DNA of 64,000 bases from IMG/VR virus record IMGVR_UViG_3300042261_000588, positions 32,001 to 96,000 of that record; one strand, written 5' to 3'. The DNA comes from a virus. Shown in pieces: positions 10,316-19,213 of the stretch (position 1 is the stretch's first letter; each line of letters opens with the position of its first letter). Made by a program: the position numbers and the translations under genes. The notes beneath the pieces were generated by a model. It was not told the origin of the DNA. It ran no database searches and was given only the letters and a program-made list of their open reading frames with translations.

Positions 10316-10330
10316 ATTGATTCGGATAAT

Positions 10331-11419
10331 ATGGAAGCAGGGATCAGAGAGCGAGACCGTTACAAGGATATTTCTTGGTTGATGCCCAGCATCGACTTGG
10401 AAAAGGTCTTTGAACAGCTTGGCATCTTGGTTGATCATAAGAGTGGCTGCCAGATAAGGGCGTTTTGTCCTGACCATCATCTATTCACTGGCAGGAAACC
10501 GTCAGATCCTAATTGGACGATCAATACAGAAACAGGAGAGACGTTCTGTTTCACAGAGGCGAGAGGAAGCAATCTCGTCTTTACTGTTTGTCGTCTTCTC
10601 AAGAAAGAGCCGGATGAGGTTGCTAGGTTTCTGACGGGCAAGGACACGACCGAGTTCGCTGAAATGAGGATGGCTGCTGCCAAGTTGAAGGTTGCGAAGA
10701 TATTCAAGACGAAAGAGGATGAGAGCAAGGAATTGATGCCAATCAAGGGTTTGGATGCGATAGTCAAAGATATTGCAAGTCCAAAGATGTCTGAAATGGC
10801 ATATCAGTTTTTTATCCATCCACCCGGCAAAAAGTATCCTACAAATATCAATCGTGAGACGGTAGATCGGTATCGCGTATTCGAGAGGACATGGGGGTTC
10901 TACGCCAATCGTATTGTCATTCCATATTTTATGCGGAAAGAGATTGTTGGGTTCTGTGCGATAGACCTACTTGGCAAGGAGGCATGGAAAAAGGCTCATC
11001 CCGTGTTAGACGAAAAACAATATAGAAAGGTGAGATACCCGGAGAATTTTCAGTCCACGGAGTGTCTGTTTGGGTTCGATGATTGCCAGAAGGGTGCTGA
11101 ATTCGTTATCGTGACAGAGGGGGCCAGAGAGGTGATGAAGCTCACTCAGGAGGGCTTTCCTGCTGTAGCTATTTTAGGATCATACATCAGCAAGACACAT
11201 CGATTGTTGTTGGCTGAGTTGTGTCCTAAACGGATCATCCTGATGTTCGATGGAGATGATGCTGGCGTGGCGATTACGACTCGTGCCGCAGATGCCTTGA
11301 CAGGTGGAGGGGTTTATTCAAAGTCGACGGTTCAGAAGTGTTTTTTACCTAAAGGAAGGGACCCCAAGACCTTGGATAGGAACGACTTGAATCATCTTAT
11401 TGAAAAGGGAAAGATTTGA
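10331..11419 (+). CDS. dnaG: DNA primase, DnaG-like (zinc finger + TOPRIM)
   Basis: CPDH...CF zinc-binding region, RIVIP, VTEG, FDGDDAG, DP; start moved from 10217 to 10331 because the upstream part is the structured element. Confidence 0.88.
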   Translation: MEAGIRERDRYKDISWLMPSIDLEKVFEQLGILVDHKSGCQIRAFCPDHHLFTGRKPSDPNWTINTETGETFCFTEARGSNLVFTVCRLLKKEPDEVARFLTGKDTTEFAEMRMAAAKLKVAKIFKTKEDESKELMPIKGLDAIVKDIASPKMSEMAYQFFIHPPGKKYPTNINRETVDRYRVFERTWGFYANRIVIPYFMRKEIVGFCAIDLLGKEAWKKAHPVLDEKQYRKVRYPENFQSTECLFGFDDCQKGAEFVIVTEGAREVMKLTQEGFPAVAILGSYISKTHRLLLAELCPKRIILMFDGDDAGVAITTRAADALTGGGVYSKSTVQKCFLPKGRDPKTLDRNDLNHLIEKGKI

Positions 11420-11512
11420 GTTGTTGATTTGACGAACATCTGATATTTTGTATCTTGTTTTAAGGCCGTATTGGCTAATGTGTCGATATTCGACGAAAAA
11501 ACTAGGAGGCAT

Positions 11513-12433
11513 ATGAACGGGCAAATTGGGCTGTCTTCGTCTATTTCTAATTCTTCCGAGCGGGTTTCCGTTCGTGATCAAATCAAGCGGATAAAGTCTG
11601 AAATTTTCCAATCTGCGAAAGCTGTTTCAGTCTTTGTTCCTCCTCCTCCTCCTTCTGAATCGGAAAAGAAAATATCGATTCAAGAACTTTTGGCGCAGAT
11701 TAAAAAGTCGTATCTAGACGATTTGGCGGCAGGAGTTGGATTACTTCCTATCGTTGATGATTCAAATCATGGTGTCGAACTGACAAGAGACCAGATTGCC
11801 GTTGCTGTCGCATTGGATATGTCTGGCAAAAAGCCGTTGTCTATGAAAGATCGTCTTCGGTATAACACGATGCTATATGATTCGATTCGTAATCTTGTTT
11901 ATCTTCGGGCATCTCGTTATTCTGTCACATGTCCAGAGGAATCCGTTGATGATCTGGCTCAAGAGTGTATGTTTCAGATTCTTAAGAAGCTCCATGGTTT
12001 CAATCCGAAACGTGGAGCTTTTTCAACATGGTCGTGGTACGTTTGTACGGGAACGATGAATCGGAAATATCGGAATGGTCAGAAGAGTAGAAAAGCCATC
12101 GTGTCTGCTGGTCATTTCGTAGACGAAGATGGGAACAGCATGTTGGAGAATCTCCCTGAGAGCCCACTTGAAGGAGTGCAAAGTCATGAGTGTCAAGGAA
12201 TCATGGCGAATGAGATCATGGATTCAGTAAGGGAATTGGCAGGGAACTATCCTGAACAAAAACAGCTAATTTTTGAGATATTTGGCAATCCTGATTCTGA
12301 ACAGTTTGTCATGCCGAGTAATATTAACGTGTCGGAATCTGCCAAGGCCATAGGAATGAAGTATAGTCGGGCACACTCTTTTTTCAAAACGGTTATCCGT
12401 CCGTTCTTTCAGAAGCAGTTGGCGGGGTGTTGA
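11513..12433 (+). CDS. Phage sigma70-family RNA polymerase sigma factor
   Basis: Region 2 signature DDLAQE...FNPKRGAFSTW; C-terminal HTH (VSESAKAIGM); RBS AGGAGG. Confidence 0.75.
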   Translation: MNGQIGLSSSISNSSERVSVRDQIKRIKSEIFQSAKAVSVFVPPPPPSESEKKISIQELLAQIKKSYLDDLAAGVGLLPIVDDSNHGVELTRDQIAVAVALDMSGKKPLSMKDRLRYNTMLYDSIRNLVYLRASRYSVTCPEESVDDLAQECMFQILKKLHGFNPKRGAFSTWSWYVCTGTMNRKYRNGQKSRKAIVSAGHFVDEDGNSMLENLPESPLEGVQSHECQGIMANEIMDSVRELAGNYPEQKQLIFEIFGNPDSEQFVMPSNINVSESAKAIGMKYSRAHSFFKTVIRPFFQKQLAGC

Positions 12434-12874
12434 ATGTCAAATACATTATGGGCAAAACATCATTATGCCAAATGTTTCGGGTTTTGGGTTGTATCTGAAT
12501 TGGAGTGTGTCAAGTGTGCTCTATCCGAAAGTTGTGAAAAAAGGACTAAAGCTAAAGTAGAAGAAGTTGATCGCTCTAAGGATTCGGATGTAGATACAGA
12601 GGCAGATGGGAATGTAGAATCAGAAGAGGTTCCAGTACTTTCTCCTTTAAACTATCTAATTCAAAGTCTTGCTGGTAAGTTTGATCAGGAAACAGATGAG
12701 AAGGAGAATGCTATTCTTCATAAGTTTCGTAATAATGGAAGAACAGTGATTGCTGTTGCCATAGGAGCTTATGGGAAAATCAAGATCGTTTCTGTAGTCA
12801 AGAATACGTCTAAAGTATTCGACAAATTAGAAAGCATTGATGAGGTTGAGTCAGTGCTAAAGGAGATGTTGTGA
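12434..12874 (+). CDS. Hypothetical protein with N-terminal CFG-x7-EC-x2-C-x5-C motif
   Basis: Four-Cys motif; abuts the sigma gene. Confidence 0.6.
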   Translation: MSNTLWAKHHYAKCFGFWVVSELECVKCALSESCEKRTKAKVEEVDRSKDSDVDTEADGNVESEEVPVLSPLNYLIQSLAGKFDQETDEKENAILHKFRNNGRTVIAVAIGAYGKIKIVSVVKNTSKVFDKLESIDEVESVLKEML

Positions 12875-13773
12875 GGACGATTGAATATCCTTGGTATCAC
12901 CCACCATTTTCTGAATATAATGCAGCACAGGCAACAGCGATACCATTTCTTGATAAGGATGTGAATCTTGTCATTTCTTTTGCTACGGCAGCAGGAAAGA
13001 CTGTGCTTGCGGAATGTGCGATGGCTTTTCATTTAGCGAATCGTGAAGATTGCAGGGTTGCATATGTTTGTCCGTTCAAGAGTTTGGCTTCTGAGAAACT
13101 CAAGGCGTGGACGGAAGAGCAGCAACTTGGAAAGTATGGATTGGCACTCTGGTCCAGTGATAGCAAGGATGATGGTAGGGATGGAAGACTGACCGTTTCG
13201 ACATTGGAGTCGTTTGACATGAAGACTCGGTCGAAGGCATGGAAGGACTGGATGGAAAGTTTTGATTGTGTCGTTTTTGATGAGTCGCATATTGTTGGGG
13301 ATGATGTAAGAGGTGGTGCAATGGAGGCAGCAGTGATGCGGCTAACCGATTTAAATCCCAGAGCAAGGATCGTGTTTTTGTCGGCGACGATGGGTAATTC
13401 CGGGGATTTGGCAAAATGGGTAAAGTCTCTCAATGGTAAACCTACAAAGTGTATTACGAGTTCATGGAGACCGACCAAGGTAAAAATGGAGTATCATCTG
13501 GTAGATGGTCACGATGAAAAGACAAGCAAGGCGGTAGAACTGGCAACTCAATCAGCTTCTCGTAAGACATTGGTGTTTGTTCATTCAAAGGTGACAGGAA
13601 GCAAGATTGTAAAGAGTTTACGGTCAACGGGAGTACGTGCTGTATTTCATAATGCTTCTTTGTCTTCTGCGAAGAGGAGAAAGATTGAGGAAGCATTCAA
13701 TAGTCCAACATCTGGACTCAATGTTTGTGTGAGTACATCGACATTGGGTGCTGGGGTCAATATGGGAGGGTGA
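12871..13773 (+). CDS. Ski2/Hel308-like SF2 helicase, N-terminal part (motifs Q to V)
   Basis: YNAAQ, TAAGKT, DESH, LSAT, WRP, LVFVHS, FHNA, STSTLGAGVN then stop. Confidence 0.9.
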   Translation: MRTIEYPWYHPPFSEYNAAQATAIPFLDKDVNLVISFATAAGKTVLAECAMAFHLANREDCRVAYVCPFKSLASEKLKAWTEEQQLGKYGLALWSSDSKDDGRDGRLTVSTLESFDMKTRSKAWKDWMESFDCVVFDESHIVGDDVRGGAMEAAVMRLTDLNPRARIVFLSATMGNSGDLAKWVKSLNGKPTKCITSSWRPTKVKMEYHLVDGHDEKTSKAVELATQSASRKTLVFVHSKVTGSKIVKSLRSTGVRAVFHNASLSSAKRRKIEEAFNSPTSGLNVCVSTSTLGAGVNMGG

Positions 13774-13774
13774 T

Positions 13775-14368
13775 GTGGAAAAGACAATTCAACTTGAAGC
13801 ATTGAAGGTAGAGTGTTTGGCGTGTCGTCGTTGCAAAATCGGCGGGCAGATGATTTCTGGAAAGTTTCTTGGAAATGTCTTTTCCAACATGAATTGTACT
13901 GCGGAGTACATGGTTGTTGGTCAGAATCCCGGATCGGAAGAGACTGAGAAGTGTGAGCCATTTGTCGGAATTTCCGGGAAGATGTTTGACCAGTTAGTTG
14001 AAGAGGTCATGGAGATGAAACGATCCATGTTCTACATCTCCAATACGGTTCGTTGCTATACTCCCGGAAATCGAAAACCAACAATGGAAGAGGTGTCAAA
14101 CTGTCGGTATTTCATGGACTTGGAGATTCAAGCACTTCGACCAAAGGTGATTATCACGCTTGGTGGTCCGGCATTTGAGCAGGTTACGGGCATTCATGGC
14201 ATTATGAAGCATCATGGAAAGCCTGAATTCTCTCCTCGGTACAAGGTTCCTGTATTTCCATTACTGCACCCGAGTCCGATAAATTTGAATGACCCGGCGA
14301 AGATGGAGTTATTTGTGGCTGACCTTGTATTGCTGGAGGAGTTTATCAAGAATGGATGTGTTCTGTGA
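13775..14368 (+). CDS. Uracil-DNA glycosylase, family 4 (Fe-S)
   Basis: CRRC, VGQNPG..E, PFVG.SG, N.VRC, PKVIITLG, HPS. Confidence 0.92.
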   Translation: MEKTIQLEALKVECLACRRCKIGGQMISGKFLGNVFSNMNCTAEYMVVGQNPGSEETEKCEPFVGISGKMFDQLVEEVMEMKRSMFYISNTVRCYTPGNRKPTMEEVSNCRYFMDLEIQALRPKVIITLGGPAFEQVTGIHGIMKHHGKPEFSPRYKVPVFPLLHPSPINLNDPAKMELFVADLVLLEEFIKNGCVL

Positions 14369-14634
14369 GACGCGTGGACCCATGGTCAATCTACAGAGAT
14401 GTTGATGAGTTCCTGACGGACATGAGAGAAGGAACATTGAAGGAGGGGTTCACATTATCACAGTTAGCGTGGGATGGATTGATGGAAAAGGTGAATGCTG
14501 ACTCTGTGTTCGCTGACGAGATTGTTGCCAATGGGGTCTTATTACTCATGGCTACGCATTCAAAGTCCGAGATTGACGGGTTGATGTCATTAGCAGAGGT
14601 GTGTTACGGGCAGGAAGGACAGGTGGATGCTTGA
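14356..14634 (+). CDS. Hypothetical protein
   Basis: ORF overlapping the UDG stop; start uncertain. Confidence 0.5.
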   Translation: MCSVRRVDPWSIYRDVDEFLTDMREGTLKEGFTLSQLAWDGLMEKVNADSVFADEIVANGVLLLMATHSKSEIDGLMSLAEVCYGQEGQVDA

Positions 14635-14636
14635 AA

Positions 14637-14996
14637 ATGACTTTGCCGAACATTGTTCATTGGTGGAGATTTACCCGAATCAGATTATGGATGAAATCGT
14701 TGGGATATTGGAAACAGTATTGGGGGATTGTGTGGAAGTCTAGGTTACACCAGAAAGCGTGTATAATGGGTGCAAAAGATGTTGTGCCGGTGAAGGTTGG
14801 TCTTGGGCTTATTTCTCCTTATGCTGGACTCGTTGAGGTTCGAGAGTTTGAGGATTTGCAACAAAGATGGAAAGAATGGGAAAGGGAGAGATTGTTTATC
14901 GGTGCGGCACAAGACCACCCGGATGGAATCTTAGCCGAGAGTGGTGAGGACATGGTTTGCATGACGAGTGAGGAGTTTGAACACTGGTATGGCTGA
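14637..14996 (+). CDS. Hypothetical Trp-rich protein
   Basis: Fills the gap; its stop overlaps the start of the helicase C-terminal part. Confidence 0.45.
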   Translation: MTLPNIVHWWRFTRIRLWMKSLGYWKQYWGIVWKSRLHQKACIMGAKDVVPVKVGLGLISPYAGLVEVREFEDLQQRWKEWERERLFIGAAQDHPDGILAESGEDMVCMTSEEFEHWYG

Positions 14997-16002
14997 CGTT
15001 GTTATAGTGGTAGGCACGAAGCGGGGGAAGGAGAATGTATCCCCGATAGAGATCAAGCAGATGGTGGGTCGGGCTGGTCGCAAGCATGGTTGTGAGACAG
15101 CCTTAGCTCATGTTCTGGTCGAGGATGATCGTATAGACGAGGTTCAGGAGGGGTTGGATCATGGCACTAATATGGATGTTCATTCCTCGTTCAGTGATAC
15201 TGACAGATTGATCTTTCATTTGATGCCGGAAATAGCGGCGGAACGTGTTGTAAACGTAGATACGGCTACAAAGTGGTATTCTAGGAGTCTAGCGTCTTTT
15301 CAGGGGCGGAATGTTGACTTCCACAAGGTCTTTGACAAGATGTTTGAGATGGGGGCGATAAAGCTTGAACCATCGGATAATGTTCGTCCAACGAGGGCTG
15401 GAAAGATTGCGGCTGATCTCTATTTTCATCCCGGAGACGTACAGGCGTGGTTGAATAACTTTACTCGGATTTTCGAGATGGGTTTGGAAAATGACAATGC
15501 GGCGATGGCATGGGCATTGGGAACTAGGATTCATACGAAGTGTCATGGAGACTTTGCAGATCATCGATTTGTAATCAATGAGTGCAAGAGTGCTCTTCCG
15601 TTAGGGTTGGAAATGGAGCCGGGAACAGTGACTCAAGTAGTATTGTGGTGGTGTTCGATGGGTGGTCCTCCTGTTGGTAAAATGAAAAATCAGATGCTCG
15701 AATTGAGGGAAGACATTGGAAGGATCAAGAGGGCATTGGCAAGACTGGATAAAGAAGTCGCTGGTTGGAATAGAATCGGATTTTTTGATGATGTCGAGTT
15801 GATGGTTCGTAAGGGGATCAATACAACACTGCTAGATTTATGTAAACTTCCAGGAATTACGAAAGGAAGAGCGGATTTCTTGTATAATGTAGGTGTGAGG
15901 GACATTCATGGGATTGCAGAGGCTCTTCCTAATATCGAGGATGATATTGACGAGCCATTCAAGGCGGCATTGAAGGAGATTGTTAGTGGTATTCGGAAGT
16001 AG
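14989..16002 (+). CDS. Ski2/Hel308-like helicase, C-terminal part (motif VI, winged helix, ratchet, HhH)
   Basis: ADVVIV strand, QMVGRAGR, PTRAGKIAADLYFHP, LCKLPGITKGRA..LY..G. Confidence 0.88.
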   Translation: MADVVIVVGTKRGKENVSPIEIKQMVGRAGRKHGCETALAHVLVEDDRIDEVQEGLDHGTNMDVHSSFSDTDRLIFHLMPEIAAERVVNVDTATKWYSRSLASFQGRNVDFHKVFDKMFEMGAIKLEPSDNVRPTRAGKIAADLYFHPGDVQAWLNNFTRIFEMGLENDNAAMAWALGTRIHTKCHGDFADHRFVINECKSALPLGLEMEPGTVTQVVLWWCSMGGPPVGKMKNQMLELREDIGRIKRALARLDKEVAGWNRIGFFDDVELMVRKGINTTLLDLCKLPGITKGRADFLYNVGVRDIHGIAEALPNIEDDIDEPFKAALKEIVSGIRK

Positions 16003-16435
16003 AGCCGTTGAAGCGTGTATCCGGGATTGGTCTTCAGGGACGGTTGATGAAGGCAATATCCGCAACTTGCTCAAATGCAGGGACGTGAACGTTACTGGGA
16101 TGGAAGAGTACTTGAGTAAATCTCATCCGTCGGAAGTACGTTGGGCTGCTGCACGGGTATTGATGGAAAAGGGACAGGCGAAGGAAGTCGTTGCTGCGGC
16201 GATGCTTTCACAGGATCGGGAATCTATACTGTCCTTGTTGAGTCTACTGGGAAAGAACAAAGTCGGTATCGATGCTTTGGAAAGTCTTATTTCTTCCGAG
16301 GATACAATGGTTAGGGATGCGGCGATAGAAATGTTTAGAAGGGCTGGCAAGGTGGATGTCATCTTCCCATTGATTTTTGATAGTGATGATGGAGTCGTGA
16401 AAAGGATTAAACGGTACATCAATGAAGCGGGATAA
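15980..16435 (+). CDS. HEAT-repeat-like protein
   Basis: EVRWAAARVL, D.MVRDAAIE, DSDDGV repeats. Confidence 0.65.
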   Translation: MLVVFGSRAVEACIRDWSSGTVDEGNIRNLLKCRDVNVTGMEEYLSKSHPSEVRWAAARVLMEKGQAKEVVAAAMLSQDRESILSLLSLLGKNKVGIDALESLISSEDTMVRDAAIEMFRRAGKVDVIFPLIFDSDDGVVKRIKRYINEAG

Positions 16436-17141
16436 TGTAGATAGACATGCGGTTCCAGAAAATCGGCTTGAACGGTTCATGGGGATTGTATACTCTTTAG
16501 TGGAGCCATTCGGGGTGGAAGAAGTTCCCGAAGTCTTTCATTATGTAGAGTTACTAGGACAAGCCATTGAAAGGCACATTGTGGAATCCAGACTTGTTGG
16601 TTCTCCACAAGGTCGTCTTGCTTCAGACCGTAGAAAGTTTATTTCAATTTTTAAGAACCGTTATTTATCTGTGACTGATATAGAATATTCTCGTGTCATA
16701 ACAGGAGTTGATGGCAGGCTCATCAATCAATTGAATAAGGTGTTGACAGACAATGGGTTTGAAGTGGACGAGTATCTGACATGGTTATTTGATACTTTTC
16801 TGGCAGAGAATCAGAAGTTCAATCCTCCAACAATTAAGCTTTCTTGCGGTAATTTTGTTGTAGAGAAGTTCCTCTATGAGCATAAGGATAAGATAAAGCA
16901 GCGTCGGGAGGACAAGATTAGGAAGAAGGAGTCTCTTGATCTGATTTCAAGAGCAAGAGTCTTAATTCGTTCTGGAGACGAGGCAATAAAAATAAAAGTT
17001 GTAGAAGTGCTTAAAGGTTATCGAGATGGGGGTATAATGTTGGAGAAGATGAGATCGGAAATTGAAGGAATGGAAAAGGCACTGCGAAATTCGCAACTGG
17101 CAAAAGGGCAAAAACAAGGAGGAAACGATGGGATTGTTTGA
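16422..17141 (+). CDS. Hypothetical protein
   Basis: 239 aa ORF overlapping both neighbours. Confidence 0.6.
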   Translation: MKRDNVDRHAVPENRLERFMGIVYSLVEPFGVEEVPEVFHYVELLGQAIERHIVESRLVGSPQGRLASDRRKFISIFKNRYLSVTDIEYSRVITGVDGRLINQLNKVLTDNGFEVDEYLTWLFDTFLAENQKFNPPTIKLSCGNFVVEKFLYEHKDKIKQRREDKIRKKESLDLISRARVLIRSGDEAIKIKVVEVLKGYRDGGIMLEKMRSEIEGMEKALRNSQLAKGQKQGGNDGIV

Positions 17142-17730
17142 AAATATGAAGTCTTCTATTGACGGTCTAGGACAGATCGAATTGTCCGGTATCAAGTTGG
17201 AGTCTGCGGATTCCAGACTTTTGGACGTTGGAACGCTTGACTTGGATAAGCATGTTGCGATGCAGCCTTCGGCAATCGCTTATTTCGGAGCTATGAAGAA
17301 AGAGGCGGCTCGTCGGTTAGACATGTTAAAGAGGAATAAGGATCGTTGGGAGAAGAAGTGTTGGGCACTTGCAAAGGCAGCAGTTCTTTCAGGAACAACC
17401 GTTTCGTGGAAACCAACACTCGCTGACATCGAAGCTCGTTTCATTACAGATAACGAGAGAGATATTGAAGCATGGGATACGCAGATGGAAAGGGCACAGG
17501 AAGAGTTGGACACATTGGACGCTTGGTATGAAGGATGGCGTCAAAAGTCTTTCGCCCTGCAACAACACGTTGCAATCGAAGAAGATGAGAGGTTCAATGG
17601 TTCAAGTTCAATGAAAGGAGGTGACGGGGGAATAGAACAGCGGCATTCGGGCGGAATCGCAGAAAAACCACTTTCGAGTGACAAACTTCGTGAAGTCCGG
17701 GATATAATGAAAAGGAAGAGATTGGGATGA
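17128..17730 (+). CDS. Putative UvsY-like recombination mediator
   Basis: Helical/coiled-coil with QPS..AYF motif; directly upstream of SSB and RecA; RBS AGGAGG. Confidence 0.45.
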   Translation: MGLFENMKSSIDGLGQIELSGIKLESADSRLLDVGTLDLDKHVAMQPSAIAYFGAMKKEAARRLDMLKRNKDRWEKKCWALAKAAVLSGTTVSWKPTLADIEARFITDNERDIEAWDTQMERAQEELDTLDAWYEGWRQKSFALQQHVAIEEDERFNGSSSMKGGDGGIEQRHSGGIAEKPLSSDKLREVRDIMKRKRLG

Positions 17731-17784
17731 CTTCATTCAGGCCGTGTGGTTTGGAAAGTCAGACGTATAACAGAGTAGGCCTGG

Positions 17785-17823
17785 GGCAACAAGGCAACTA
17801 GGCAAACAAGGCAACAAAGGCAA
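17785..17823 (+). repeat. Five GGCAA repeats in the SSB leader
   Basis: GGCAA at 17785, 17793, 17801, 17810, 17819, between a GTATAA box (17765) and the RBS. Confidence 0.85.
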
Positions 17824-17835
17824 GAGGAGATCAGT

Positions 17836-18963
17836 ATGAGCGTGTTAGACAGGTTGACGAAAGCACAAGCGTCTCGTCCGCAGGGCGGGACCTTTCAAAA
17901 GGTCAAGGGTATCTTCCATAACTGGAAGGTAGGAGTAAATCGGATTCGTCTGGTTGGTGACTATACGGAGGTGAGAACACATTTCATCGCTCCGTCGCAA
18001 AAGTCGCAAAAGAGGAAGGATCGTGGTTTGTGCATGGCAACGGCATTCCAAGGTAACGATAAGATTCCACAAGTCATCAACTGCCCCGATTGGGATATCG
18101 CCCTAGAGCGTCCCAAGAAGGAAAAGAGTTGCCCTATCTGCAAGTTGAATGCGGTTGCTAAAGCGGTTCTCGCAGAAAAGCCGAGTGCCGAAGAGAAGGA
18201 GTTCTTCGAGAATCTGCGGGCTGCTTCTCGGGCGACGAATACACTCAAGTGGAATATCATTGATCGTGACGACCCGTTTGTCGAAGTGGATAACGACGGT
18301 AAGACTGAGAGGGTTCTGGGATTCAAGATTGCTTCTGTTGGAGCGGAAGCCTTCAAAGATATCACCGGAATCTACATGCAGCTCGGGTATGACATCAATG
18401 AACCTGACAAGGGAATCGACATCGAGGTCACTCGGGATGATAAGGGTGCTCGCACGACTTACTCTGCTCGTCCGGTTATTGAGGGCACATCTCTCAAGGT
18501 GACGCCGCTCACAAAGGAAGAGAGAGCATTGGCACTCCATGATCTCAAGGTTCGTTGTGGACGGCAGACTGAAATCGACAAGATCGTGAATGCTCTTCAC
18601 GACGATCTTCGTCAGATCATTTCCGTTGACGTGACGGAAGAAGAACCTGATGTTGATGCTGCGGTTGAGGAAGCTGTGGCTGAAGTTTCAACGCCTGATC
18701 CTGCACCTCGTCCGACGACTCAGGCTCCTAAGACTGCGGCTCCGACGGCTCGTCCTGCGGCTCCTGCGGCTCCTGCGGCTCCGACGGCTCGTCCTGCGGC
18801 TCCGACAGCGAGTAAGGTGCCTGCGTCAGTGTTGGATAGACTCCAGAAGAAGCCTACCGTGGCTAATGCCGTGGTCGAAACTCCTGAGGATGAAGCACTT
18901 CTGGAAGCCATTGAGGGGGACGGCGACGGACTTCTCGGTGGCGATTCGATAAAAAAAAATTAA
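17836..18963 (+). CDS. gp32-like single-stranded DNA-binding protein (short form)
   Basis: NRIRL, HF, CP..CPIC, NIIDRDD, D...P..G.DI...R......T.Y; Pro/Ala linker; acidic tail. Confidence 0.75.
   Translation: MSVLDRLTKAQASRPQGGTFQKVKGIFHNWKVGVNRIRLVGDYTEVRTHFIAPSQKSQKRKDRGLCMATAFQGNDKIPQVINCPDWDIALERPKKEKSCPICKLNAVAKAVLAEKPSAEEKEFFENLRAASRATNTLKWNIIDRDDPFVEVDNDGKTERVLGFKIASVGAEAFKDITGIYMQLGYDINEPDKGIDIEVTRDDKGARTTYSARPVIEGTSLKVTPLTKEERALALHDLKVRCGRQTEIDKIVNALHDDLRQIISVDVTEEEPDVDAAVEEAVAEVSTPDPAPRPTTQAPKTAAPTARPAAPAAPAAPTARPAAPTASKVPASVLDRLQKKPTVANAVVETPEDEALLEAIEGDGDGLLGGDSIKKN
18736..18806 (+). repeat. Internal tandem repeats encoding the APTARPA/PAA linker
   Basis: gcggctccgacggctcgtcct twice plus repeated cctgcggct units. 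Confidence 0.8.
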
Positions 18964-19160
18964 CCTCGGTTGAGGATGGTGCGGCTCCGGTTAAAACGGT
19001 GTCCGCACCAGTTTCTGATAAGGCTGCGGTTAAGACTCAAGTCGAATCTCCAATCAGTGTCAGTCCATCCGATTATGTCTGTTTCGGGACTATCGACAAG
19101 AGTCACCCGGAGTGTCAGAAGTGTCAGAACAACACACTGTGTGAAGAAGCGACGAAGTAA
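18960..19160 (+). CDS. -1 frame extension of the SSB ending in a Cys4 motif (no start codon of its own)
   Basis: 66 open codons after the A9 run: LTSVEDGAAPVK...DYVCFGTIDKSHPECQKCQNNTLCEEATK*. Confidence 0.75.
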   Translation, partial: LTSVEDGAAPVKTVSAPVSDKAAVKTQVESPISVSPSDYVCFGTIDKSHPECQKCQNNTLCEEATK

Positions 19161-19165
19161 AATTG

Positions 19166-19202
19166 CGGGAGGCGGTTGGGCAACCGACCGTCTCCCGTTC
19201 TT
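19166..19202 (+). terminator. Strong hairpin after the extended SSB (terminator or processing stem)
   Basis: cgggaggcggttgg-GCAA-ccgaccgtctcccg, 14 bp with G-U pairs, followed by ttctt. Confidence 0.65.
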
Positions 19203-19213
19203 GGGAGGATTTT

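Noticed and set aside
10217-10330. N-terminal extension of the primase
   Set aside because: Arg-rich translation of the structured GC-rich element; no RBS
13761-14992. Split intein, group I/II intron or ribosomal bypass joining the helicase halves
   Set aside because: No Hint motifs at the ends; the gap is fully occupied by ordinary ORFs; 1.2 kb is far longer than the known gene 60 bypass
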